A DNA stretch of 64,000 nucleotides from the human T2T-CHM13v2.0 reference genome, Homo sapiens. Both the position numbers and the translations under genes were made by a program. Below are positions 33,040-44,806 of the stretch, piece by piece (positions within the stretch are counted from its first letter, which is position 1; every line of letters starts with the position of its first letter). The DNA lies in NCBI RefSeq assembly GCF_009914755.1, contig NC_060926.1. One strand, 5' to 3'. The notes under the pieces are model-generated. The model was given only the letters and a program-made list of their open reading frames with translations, was not told the DNA's origin and made no database searches.

Positions 33040-33790
33040 TGGAATATCAATGTGAGATACAATCTCACAACTCTTAGATTAGCAGAAATTGAAAGTCTGA
33101 AAAGATCAATTATTGACAAGGATAAGAGAGGGAGATAACTTTAATATTCTATTTTAGGAAGTGCAAACTGCCATTCTCACTTAGGAAAGGAATTTGTAAA
33201 CCTCTAGTAAAATTAAAAATATGTGTACTTTATAACTAGAAATTTCACTTTGATATTTGTGCCCTAAAGAAGTCCTTTACACATTGAATAAAATGCCACA
33301 TACAAAGATGTTCATTTTGGCAATTTCTGCTAAACCAACAAATTAGAAAGAATCTCAATATCTACCAATATTTGAATGCAGAAATAAATTGTTATACATT
33401 TATACAATGGATTGCTATCTACAAAAACGACTGAGTTAGATCTATATTTATAAATTTAAAAAAATCAAAATAATCTTTCATCATTAAAACAAATTGCAAA
33501 ATGATATTTAATACAAATGTTAATAACCCGTTCAATATCAACTTGTATTTTAGAAAACTTACTCTGGTTAGGGTGTAGAGAAATCACAGACAAGAGAGAC
33601 AGTAAGTGTATTGAAATATCACAGTAGTAATGATTTCATTGGAGGAAAGGGAGATTCAGAAAGAACACAGAGGAAATTGCATCCATTTTAATGTTTATTT
33701 CTTTAAAAATATCTGCAATAACTATGAAAAGTGGTTTTTATTTTTTAAATATGAGTGATATTTAATTGTGTGCATATTATCCTACACTGT
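33040..33790 (+). mobile_element. Ancient L1ME-like ORF2 end and 3'UTR
   Basis: gtgagatacaatctcacaactcttagattagcagaaattgaaagtctg...tacaaagatgttcatt...ataaattgttatacatttatacaatgga. Confidence 0.7.
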
Positions 33791-33809
33791 AATTTGCCTC
33801 CTGGAAATA

Positions 33810-34531
33810 CAGTATTCCCCTCTTATTCACAATTTTGTTTTCAACAGTTTTAGTTACCTGTAGTCAACCCTGGCCCAAAAATATTAAATGGAGAAATCCA
33901 AAAATAAACAATTCATATGTTTTATATCACACACTGCTCTGAGTAGTGTGATGATGTCTTGCACTGTCCCTCTCTGTCTTGCCCAGGACATGAGTCATCC
34001 CTCTGTCTAGCACATCCACTTTGTCTATGCTATTTACCCATTAGTCACTTAGAAGCTGTCATAGTTCTCAGATCAACTATGGCGGCTTTGCAATGCTTTT
34101 GTTTAAGTAACCCTTATTTTATTTAATAATGGCCCCAAAGTGCAAGAATTGTGATGCTAACATGTTGCTGTAATTGTTCCATTTTATTATTAATTATTGT
34201 TAAACTACTCACCCATTAGTCACTTAGAAGCTGTCACAGTTCCCAGATCGACTACGGTGGTTTTGCAATGCTTTTGTTTAAGGAACCCTGATTTTAATAA
34301 TGGCCCTAAAGTGCAAGAATCATGATGCTAATATATTGTTATAACTGTTCAATTGTATTATTAGTTATTGTTAATCTCTTACTATGTCTGATATATAAAT
34401 TAAACCTTATAAATGTACATGTATGTATAGAAAAAAACATAGTTCATATAGGGTTTGGTACTATCCTCAGCTTTAGGCATTCACTGAGGGTCTTGGAATA
34501 TATCCCACCATAGATAAGAGAGGCACTACTC
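33810..34531 (+). mobile_element. MER44-like TcMar-Tigger element with a 175-bp internal tandem duplication
   Basis: TA|cagtattcccctcttattc ... gataagagaggcactactc|TA terminal inverted repeats; duplicated block starts at 34036 and 34211. Confidence 0.88.
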
Positions 34532-35354
34532 TAGTGCATTAGCGGGAAAGGACTTGCCTGTTTAATGTAGGTAGCCAACTGGTTCCTCTGATGGAATGTG
34601 ACTTTTGGTCTTTGCTGAAGGTTTGATGGGCAGCAAAAATGTCCCACTATCTCTTTCTCTATTCTACATATTGAATTGAGGATGACTTTAGTTTCTGGAT
34701 TCATCATTCCTGTTAGGAGACTAGACATCTTGCAATAGATTCTTTAGTTTCTTTAGCAATCAATTTCTCTGTTTTGGCCTTAGGGTAAACATTGCTCTCT
34801 GAAGTCAGAAATTTTTAAGTTCTAATATGAAATTAACTTAGAAACTAATGAGAGATGTCTTATATGAAAAGCAGAACTGGTTTATTTTTAATGTTTATTT
34901 TTATCTAGTGGACAGACCTCATTTACAAGTTCACTTTGGGTTAGGGCTTCAGGCAAATCTATTTATAAAGAAGTTTGATTATGTTCTTAGAAACTTTCTT
35001 ATTATTTCACAGCCCAACTTTCTAGTTAATGAAAATATAGAGTAATTTAATGGCAAGATTCATACCCCAATTACAGAGTATAAGGAAAAGCCTACAAAAA
35101 TGCAATGTCCTTCAAACAGCAATAACAGAAAACTGAAGAAATGAAATTGGAATTTTCAGTCATTGTTAAAAACTGATGAGTCAATGTTTTGTTCACCAGT
35201 TTTCTAATCATGCTATGTTGGAATCATCTCTTCCTCCAAACACAATTCTACCCCCATTTCTCTGACCAAAAATAAAAAAAAAATCAGAAATGATATTAAA
35301 ACACAGTAAAGAAAGCCTTTACACTGAAGAAAACTAGTAACTATAAGATACTAC

Positions 35355-35505
35355 ATTTTAGAGATTTGAAATCTAATAATCAAACTCCTATAAGACAAAT
35401 GAGGACATTGCATTTCAGGGAAGTAAAGTCATACCATCAAATCACACCGGATGGTACTGGTGGTTAGTGATAGAAATGAGATTAGGACCTAGATCTCTTG
35501 GTTGA
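35355..35505 (-). mobile_element. MIR fragment
   Basis: gacaaatgaggacattgcatttcagggaagtaaagt...gagattaggacctagatctcttg. Confidence 0.6.
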
Positions 35506-36454
35506 CAGATTACAGAATAGAAAATGGACTGATGTAGTTTGTCTGATGTTTGAACTTATAGATTGACATTTAGCTTCACTTGTGTGTTATCTCTACTCTT
35601 CTCATAACTGCAAATATAATTGCCAAGGATATGAGTTTCACAGAAGTAAAGTTAGATGCTGATCTCATTCTATTCTTACCACAGACAGAAATCTGACAGC
35701 ACTAATGGCAAGCAAAAGAGATTCCTAAAATTGAAGTGAGTACAGGGAGTCTTTTAGGTTTAGAATACAAATTACTCAAGAGCTGGCTACATCCCATCTC
35801 AAAGTGGATTAATATTGTAGCTCCTCATTAATTGATTTCTCAGAATATTTTGTGTAGAGGATGTGCTACTATCCGCTATAAATGCCCCTAATGTTTTCTA
35901 TGCATGTCAGTTAGGAACTAGAAGCTAGTGCTTCAGGTCGTTTAGAACGCTCCAGGGGCTCATAACTACTCTGGCTGAAAGAATTATGATCAGGATAAGT
36001 GTATGAACAGCTTTAGAAACCAGCATAACGAAAAAGAACTGTTATAAAATCACCAAGTTTAACCTATACCACCATCTATTTTATCTTCACAACCCCGCAC
36101 TTAGAATGAATCATAGGAAAGCTGGACAATGTAATTTGGGAAGTGAGCAAATATAACTGGGCCACCTCTGTTGACATTGGTATTTTATGAATGCTTTGTT
36201 GTTGCTATTTTTATTTTGCTTATCATTTCTTCAAAACCCAAAAAATAGAAAATACATGTTACTTGTAAATATCTAGTGAATGGTTATTCTTAAGATTACT
36301 ATGTAACAAGATATGTTTTTCTAAATCCATATCTCCCATTGGGTCTCAGCCCAAAATCCTTATCTGGGTCAGCTCAAGTGATAGCTCTTCATATCTTTCT
36401 CAGCAAGTCCATAAGTGTGGCATGCATAGGAAATATCAATAATTGGTATTTGAG

Positions 36455-36731
36455 GGTTGGGCATAGTAGCACATGCTTGTAATCCCAACACTTTGGGAGG
36501 TTGAGGTGGTAGGATCGCTTGAGGCCAAGAGTTCAAGACCAGCCTTGGCAATATAGCAAGACCCTGTCTTAAAAAAAATTAACCATATATGGTGGTACAG
36601 GCCTCTAGACTCAAATACTCAGGAGGCTGAGATGGGAGGATTTCTTGAGTCTGGGAGGTTGAGGCTGCAGTGAGCTGTTTGTGCTACTGAACTCCAGCCT
36701 GGGTGACAGAATGAGAGTGTCTAAAAAAAAA
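36455..36731 (+). mobile_element. AluJ (Jo-like)
   Basis: aggatcgcttgaggccaagagttcaagaccagcc...gaggctgcagtgagc; TSD GGTATTTGA at 36445 and 36732. Confidence 0.93.
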
Positions 36732-36819
36732 GGTATTTGATTAAAGGCTTATTTTGCTAATTTTCTCTATCAGTTGTATAATCCCTTGCTCCTCTCTGAG
36801 AAGAGTATGAGAGGCAGTG

Positions 36820-37290
36820 CATCTATAGGGTAGTACTTGACAACATGCGCTATGGCATTCAAGTCTTTGGATTAAGTCCTAGGTGTCTGATTATATGTTG
36901 AGTGATCTTGGAAGTTATTTAAACTATCTTTATTTCCATGTTGTTAAAAGTTATATGAAAATAATAAGAAAGTTATTGTAGGGCTTAACTCAGTGCATCT
37001 CAAGCAGCAAGTAAATTTTGTTCCTCAAGAATCTTTTGTCAATGTTTGCAGATATTTTTAGCAGTTACATATTAGGGGGGGATCTCTATTGCCATCTCTA
37101 TTGCCAAGGTTACTGCTAAACATCCTACAATGCACAGAACAGCCACCCACAACACAGAATTGTCTGGCCCATTGTTGGTAGTGCTGAGATTGAAAAAGCT
37201 TGGCTTAAATGAATTAATTTATATAAAACATTCCAAATAGTGACTGACATATAGTAAGTGCTCAGTAAAGAATTAACAGGTATTGTTATT
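36820..37290 (+). mobile_element. MIR, split by MER20
   Basis: gtgatcttggaagttatttaaac...[MER20]...ttaaatgaattaat...acatatagtaagtgctcagtaaa. Confidence 0.75.
36991..37202 (+). mobile_element. MER20 hAT-Charlie element
   Basis: ctgctaaacatcctacaatgcacagaacagcc; 8-bp TSD gcttaact / gcttaaat. Confidence 0.9.
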
Positions 37291-38616
37291 CCATTGCTCC
37301 AAACTATTAAAATGTTGACTAAACTGCACTTCTCTTTTTATGATCAGGTAAAACTTACCTGGATTTTCTACTTCATTGGCACCTTCTAACAACTTATGCA
37401 TCTCATCTTATTTGCTATCATTAGATAGCCCTCTTATCTTTAACACTTAATGTTTATTTTATTCTTCCTTAGAATTAAATGTCTTACTAAACATGAAAAA
37501 AAAATATCTTTATGAAACATTCTCAATTTGAAAAGGATAAAACTAGAGAAAGCACTAGCAGGTCAACAAAAGAAATCTCCAAAGTATTTTAAAGAAAAAC
37601 TATCATATTGTTTATTAAACTAGATGATTGAGGCCTGATATGCTACAGCTTTAAAAACTGGGGATTCAATGCATTCATGAAGAATGAGAAAGGAATGTTG
37701 AGAGATAATTCCAAGAGCATGTCGAAATAACTCACCATGTGTCCATCAATAATTTTTGAATGTCAGCTATGAGACTTTTTTATACATCAGAGATATTTCT
37801 GTGATTAGGGACACCTGTAAAGGAATAATATAGAGTATTAAACTTTTTCAATATATTTCATCTCTTTGCTTTCCATAAAACTATTCAATATCATAAGCTG
37901 TCATAGGAATAACATTCCAGCAAATAAGAACACAATATAGTAGTTATTACAGTCAATTGCCTGCAAGGCTGCAGAAATGGTGGTATGATTTTCTCAGGAA
38001 ATACATCATGGAATATTCCAGGAATAATCCTAATATTGATATGACTTCAATCAATTCTACAAACATTCATGTACAACAACGTGTGACTGCTTGTATCAAT
38101 TACCAGCTTTTAAAAAAGGTAAAGCATCCACGTCCACTTCCATGGCAACACTATTTTTCATCATCATGTAGGACAGAATAAAAGGAATTGAGAATTTGAT
38201 TTGCATTTTGAGAGAATTAGAAATTGACTTCCTGAATTTGATTGATGAAATACACTTAAATCATTAATTACATCATCACCCTTCAGCAAAACAATTACCT
38301 TAATGAATTAATGGTGATTAAAACTTTGAAATAACCAACATGGGACCAGAGCCTAGAATCAATCTACTTAATAATGGATCTTAATTTATTTCAAAAGTAA
38401 AACATAAACAAATATTTATTTACACTTGTCAGTAAATCCGGAAAAAAAAGAAATCAGTCAAAGCCCCGTGTCTTGTAGTAATATGTAGATACTTATTTCT
38501 ACTAAATTGGAAGTTAAAAGTAGCAGTATACATAAAACAAACCTCTCAAAGTTGATTGCTCCTTTGGTGAATAGTGATACAGCACTAAAGACTTTCTACA
38601 TCTTAAGTACTAGTGA

Positions 38617-38733
38617 TCTCTCTCACCCCTTTCTTCTCTCCTTTCCACCTCTCCTCCTCCTTTCTTCTCTCATCTTCTCTCCTGTTCCCTCCTCTTCCTC
38701 CTCTCCCAATTCTCTCCTTCCTTCTCCTCTCTT
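38617..38733. repeat. CT-rich polypyrimidine tract
   Basis: Read directly. Confidence 0.9.
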
Positions 38734-38750
38734 CTGAATCTGTCTTCCCT

Positions 38751-39500
38751 GAGAGAAAAAAAAAGCATTACTTTTGAACACATTCAGAATGTGTTACCGA
38801 TAGGGTACGTCTATAAAGGAGTTACAAAAATATACATATGTGAACAATATGTGTGTGTGTGTATATATACACACACACAACATATAGGCATATATATTTA
38901 TATATGCCTATATGTATGTATATGTATACATACATATGTATCGTATCCATGAGTGCTAATATGAATATAAATGTAGTTACGTATATACACGTATAAATAT
39001 AAATATATACATGTATATACGTATATACACGTATAAATATAAATATATACATGTATATACGTATATACATGTATAAATATAAATATATATATGTATATAC
39101 GTATATACATGTATAAATATATATATGTATATACGTATATACATGTATAAATATATATATATGTATATACGTATATACATGTATAAATATATATACATGT
39201 ATATACGTATGTTGTGTATACATACAAATCTGTACATATATACATATATGTTGTGTGTATATATACATCTATACATGTGTATGCGTATATATGTATATGT
39301 ATATATAGTATATATAATACATGTATATATTATATATGTGTATATATGTGTATATAATGTATATGTGTTTATAATGTATATGTGTGTATATACACACATA
39401 TTGCACTGATATATGTATATTTTATAACTCCTTTATAGCCATATCCTATTGTTACCTCATTCTGAACATTTTCAAAAGTAATGCTTTTTTTTTTTCTTTC
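38751..39500. repeat. Long inverted repeat (core arms 38765-38839 and 39411-39484) enclosing a TA/TG-rich tract
   Basis: gcattacttttgaacacattcagaatg...ctataaaggagttacaaaaatatacatat is the reverse complement of atatgtatattttataactcctttatag...cattctgaacattttcaaaagtaatgc. Confidence 0.93.
38981..39210. repeat. 34-40 bp AT-rich minisatellite, about 6 units
   Basis: gtatatacaYgtataaatat(aa)atatatacatgtatatac starts at 38981, 39021, 39061, 39101, 39135 and 39171. Confidence 0.93.
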
Positions 39501-40681
39501 CATCATAGAAACTTGCCATCTCCTATACCTAGCATTCCTTTCTGAGAATTTATCTGTGAGAGATCAGTGATGTCAGCTTTGAGAACCATTCTTCCAGGAG
39601 GGTTAGCTTTTATTTTTGTCAGTATCTCTTAGTCTTGTGCCATTTTTCCCCCAACTGATTTTGGCTTAGTGTCCAAGTTCCAGGTTCAGCCTCCCCATGG
39701 CACCATTATCCAAAATTTTGTATCTCAACAGCAGTGCCATTCAGGGCAACTCTACTCTTCCTGGGGCCTCTGTGTGCCCAGGCTGGCTCCTTGTGATCTG
39801 CCTCCATCTGACCTGGCCCCTTGATGCTGCTCCCATCCCCTTACCCATCTTACAACCTCAGTTTCCCTCCCAGCCCTCTGTTGCTGTCACCTGGGCCCAG
39901 GCACTCCTGTACTACTTTCTGGCCACCTAAAACCCATTTCTTTGCTCAATGACTCTGACTCAAAGAAACTCCAGGCTAGGTCACATTATGTATTTGTCCA
40001 TTCATTTGGCTATGAGAGAGGAATCCTTGGGGAACTCTTTTATCTTTTGAAATATTAACCATGCCTCAAGAGATGGGTGCTAGTGTCTCTTAAAACTTCT
40101 GCTCTGTCATGATTCCAGAATTGGAACTTCCACCTCCAAATTTCTCCACCCTCATTTATATGCTTGGAAGGATTTTCAGTCTATTTCCTCACTTCCCAAT
40201 ACATCTGGAACTCTCTCGGTCCACACTTTCCTTCCTGATACTCCACTGAAACAGCTCACGTTAAGGTCATAATGACCTCCATTTGCCAATTATAATATTT
40301 GAGTCTCAGTTTGCAACTTACTGAAGCCATTCACAATACCTGCCATATTCCCTTCCTGGTTGAAATAATTCTGAAGTTGGACAATACTTCTTTGATTTTT
40401 TTTTCTATCTCACTGAGCTCTTCCTTAGTTTCCTTTGCTCTCTTCCATGCAGTCATTGCCCAGCCCTTGTCTTTATAGTTCTTCTCTCCACCATCCATGC
40501 TCTTTCTTGGCAATCTCATCAGGCCCTATGCCTTTTAATCCCATATACACCCTACGGATTCTCAGAATTATATCATTATCTTGGACCTCTCCCTTCACCT
40601 CCAGAGGCATTTATCCAACGTCCTACTGGGCTTCCCCACTTGGCAGATATATTATATATCTCGATCCTTTTTTTTTTTTTT

Positions 40682-41030
40682 AGCAAAATAGCAAATTTCT
40701 TTGTTTCTATAACTGAAAAACCTAGAAATAAAGTCCAGTTGGATCAGGGGTTCAAATGTATCATTAAAACAATATCTTTCCATCTCTCAGCTCTAATTTC
40801 TATGTGGCTTTCTTCTTGGGCTGGCTTTATTCATATGGGGGAAAAGATGGCTCCCGATAGACTCAAGCTCATATAGTTCTTAGAATACACAATCTCAAAT
40901 TTGACCTTCTGTATCAATCTCTCATTGGTTTGACCCTAATCCATATGGAAATGTTTACTGAAGTACTGCTAATCATGTACTGCTAATCGTGACAGACTTT
41001 ACTATTATCCCAGCATAATAGAAGAGGCAT
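40682..41030 (-). mobile_element. MLT1 (J/K-like) LTR fragment inside the composite insertion
   Basis: ataactgaaaaacctag...ttggatcaggggttcaaat...aaagatggctcc...ctcattggtttgacc. Confidence 0.7.
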
Positions 41031-41094
41031 TATAATTGTGTTTGTGTTTGAATCCCTGTTATCTTCTCAATATGCACTGGTAATTACAGTCCAG

Positions 41095-41222
41095 TCCAGA
41101 CTGAAATTCCAGTCTAGACTCTCGAATTTATAAGCTGTATGACCTTTGACATATCTAATCATTTATGCCTCAATTTTCTCAACTTAAAATGAGGATAAAT
41201 AATAACGCTAATCTTACAGGGT
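41095..41222 (+). mobile_element. MIR fragment inside the composite insertion
   Basis: agctgtatgacctttgac...tgcctcaattttctcaacttaaaatgaggataa...cttacagggt. Confidence 0.75.
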
Positions 41223-41224
41223 CC

Positions 41225-41352
41225 GTTGTTTTTGTTGTTGTTGTTTTGAGACAGGGTCTCACTCGTGTCGCCCAGGCTGGAGTACAGTGGTACGATCTCG
41301 GCTCACTATGGCCTCTGCCTCCTGGGTTCAAGTGATCCTCCCACTTCAGCTA
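41225..41352 (-). mobile_element. 5'-truncated AluJ right-arm fragment inside the composite insertion
   Basis: (gtt)n tail, gagacagggtctcactc...gggttcaagtgatcctcccacttcagc. Confidence 0.9.
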
Positions 41353-42484
41353 CCTTAATAAACATTTCCATACGGATCAGGGTCAAACCAATCAGAAACC
41401 AATATAAAAGGTCAAATTCGAGATTGTGGGCACTAAGAACCATAAGAGCTTGTATGTATCTCAATCTTAACCTGAAGATACTTAGAAACCAGAAATCTTG
41501 ACTCAGTTCATATACATGTTTCTTTTCTATTCTTCCCCGCTTCAAAAAAAATGGGTTCACTTTTGCTTCACTACCTCAGACTACTATCTTTAGTTCCATT
41601 ATTGTTTTTATATCATGTGTGCAAGTAATACACAAGAGCTGTCAGGTTTTTCTTGAAAATATATCCAATATTTAATCACTCTTCAGCAGGTCCACTGCTA
41701 CTATCAAATCCAAGCCCATATCATCTCCCACCCAGACAAATTTAATACATTTCAAATGGTTCTCCTCATTTTCATTATTATCATAGTGATTTTTAAAAAT
41801 CATTAATCTGATAATACTACTCCCTGATTGTTTTCTGCTATTTTAGTGACTGTTCTATTATACTGACCTTGCTATTGTTTCTACATTGTAAACTCATCCT
41901 TATCTCAGGGCTTTTGTACGTGCTGCTTCCTTTGTCTGGAATGCTCATGTCCTGAGTTTTCTCAGAATTGACTTCACCTCTTCATTCAGGACTCCACTTA
42001 AGTGTCACCTATTCACAGAAGTCTTCCCCACATTTAAAGAGCCTTCAAATCTGTTATATTCTATTCCTTCAATTTGCCTCATGTTTTGCTAAGCAATTAT
42101 GTAATAAGTACTGTGTGACATTTCATAAATAATAAATATTGTATCCATTTTACATACCTGCACGTTATGTGTTTAAGCTAATACATACAAACATATACAT
42201 ACAAAAATTGAACATACACATATATAAGCAAATATGAACATATATGTACACATCCATTCATATTTGAGTGTACATCTGTTTATTTGTATATATGTTTCTA
42301 TTTTTCTGACTTAGTTTTGTTAAAGGCAAAAACATTTCCTGTCCTGGCCAACTCCTTATTTCTATAGCTTACTTCAGTCCTGCTTCACAGTAGATAGCCA
42401 ATACACATTAATAGTTTATTGAATGAATAGAGAGATAATAACCGTGAAACACGATATGCAAGATAACATTAAAAACATAAAACT

Positions 42485-42938
<454 letters not shown>

Positions 42939-44806
42939 TTATTTGTATTTTTGTTGCAGTAAAATACACAAAACATAAAATTTTTAATTAGTGAAATATT
43001 TGTAATCTTTAGAATTGATTATAATAAATAAAAGCATGAAAATTTAAATGACTTCTTAGTACAGTAGTAGGAACTAATTATTTATGTGCTAGATGTTAAT
43101 ATGCTCCATTTTACCTTGCTAAAAATACATTTTTTGATTTTGTTTGAAATTTTGTAAACTTGTTTCATAAACCAAAGAACAAATTAAGCGTCATTAAATT
43201 TCAAAAATTTGATTTATATTGTATTCTGTGTCTACAATAAAACTAATTAGCAATAAATAATAAAATTCCAAATAAAACTTACAAAAATCCCAGTAAAAAA
43301 TATTTAGAAGTTAAATAAAAATAACCTTCTAAGTAAATAGTTGTTATTAACAGGGCTAGTCCCAATTACAGACAATTTAGAAAAAAACAAAGGTGAAAAG
43401 AAAACATCAAAATATGTACAATGAAAAATTTAAGTTTTAAAATTATGAAATAAATGAATTTCAATACACAGAATCAAGTTTCTGAAGAGCAGGGCCAAGA
43501 CTGCCAACTAGAAGCAGCAGTGATTGGAGACTACAATAAAAAAAGAACCATAATAGTGTGTGAATCCTGTACCAGCAACCAAGCCATCTAGGTTCTCTCT
43601 CAGAACTGACTATGTGGCTGGGGTGACCCATGGAGAAGAAGGAAGAGCAGTGTGGTACGGCACCCACTTGAAAGCTACCTAGGGCAGGGACCCCCCCATC
43701 CCCCAGCCAAGAGAGGCAGTGAGTGAGGGTGCTACTCAGCTGGGAAAAGCATGCTTTTTCTACAGAACTGTGCAGCCCACAGATAGGAAGATCCCCCTCT
43801 TGAACCCAAGCCACCATGGCCTAGGGTCCCAACCCTGGAGCTATGCAGATTCTCAACAGCTTCTCAGCTGGAATCTGCTTAAGCCTGTTTAGTTCCCAGG
43901 TGGAGGGGCAACCAGCACCCCAGCTACCGCTGTCTGCTGTCTAAGCCATTTGAGCTTCTTGGGGGAGGTGCAGCAGCCAGCACTGGGACTGACAGCTGCC
44001 TAACATGCTAAGCTCCCAGCGCAGGGAAGGGCAGCAACCATCTCTATAGCTCCAGGCCATGCTTTTCTCCTGCTGGAGCCAAGGAGGATGGACCACTTGG
44101 TCCCAGGAGGTGTCCCCCACAGCCCAACACAACGGCTGTGACAGACTGCAGCCAGAGAGCCTCTTCAGACCTGACCCTGACCCCCTCCCCACTGGGCGGG
44201 GCTTCCCTGCAGGAACTCCAACAACTCCAGCCAGGGGCTCAAGGACAGAATGCTGAACTCCCTGGGCCTGAGCCCCTAGGGGGAGGTGCGGCCACAGTCT
44301 CTGTGGACCAGCAGACTTAGCCTTTCCTCCAGGTAGTTCTGAGGAATCCAGGCAGCCCAGATAAGTGGATTTTCCCCCAGCAAAGCACACCCCCTCCACC
44401 AAGGGAAAGTCAAAGTTCTTCATTAAATCGGTCTTGTTTCCCATGCCACCCAACTGGGTGAGACCCTCCAACAGGGGTTGTCAGACACCCTATACAGGAG
44501 CAATCCTATTGGTATCAGGTTGGTGCCCCTCAAGCTTAGAGATCCCAGAGGAAGGAGCAGGCACCTATCTTTGCTCTTCTCCAGCTTCCTTGAGTGACAT
44601 CTCCAGGTGCAGGAGTGAACCAGATGAATAGGGTCTGAAGTGAACCCCCAGCAAACTGCAGCAGCCCTACAGAAGAGGGACCAGACCACTGAAAGAAAAA
44701 CAAACAGAAAGCAACAACAACAGCATCAACAACAACAAAAATTCCCCACAAAAAGCCATCCAAGGGTCAACAACTTTACAGATTGAAACTAGACAAACTC
44801 ATGAAC

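Larger units (their letters stand above)
40668..41452 (-). other. Composite retrotransposed insertion (retrocopy of a polyadenylated non-coding RNA)
   Basis: T14 at 40668-40681; degenerate TSD TATATATCTCGATC (40653) / TATGTATCTCAATC (41453); host L2 is contiguous across the block. Confidence 0.72.
40190..42430 (+). mobile_element. L2 (L2a-like), interrupted at 40667-41452
   Basis: actccactgaaacagctc...aaggtcataatgacctccat (RT region); resumes as tatctcaatcttaacctg; ends tttattgaatgaat. Confidence 0.85.

Noticed and set aside
37082-37105. Micro tandem duplications (atctctattgcc x2; similar at ~15038, 21281, 30041, 40963, 63336)
   Set aside because: Ordinary slippage indels with no shared motif.
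37352-37362. ACTTACCTGG, matching the U1 snRNA 5' end or a perfect minus-strand donor (CAG|GTAAGT)
   Set aside because: No further U1 similarity and no convincing upstream acceptor or reading frame.
38822-39409. Overlapping Tyr/Ile-rich ORFs of 94-148 aa
   Set aside because: Artefact of TA/TG repeats lacking stop codons.
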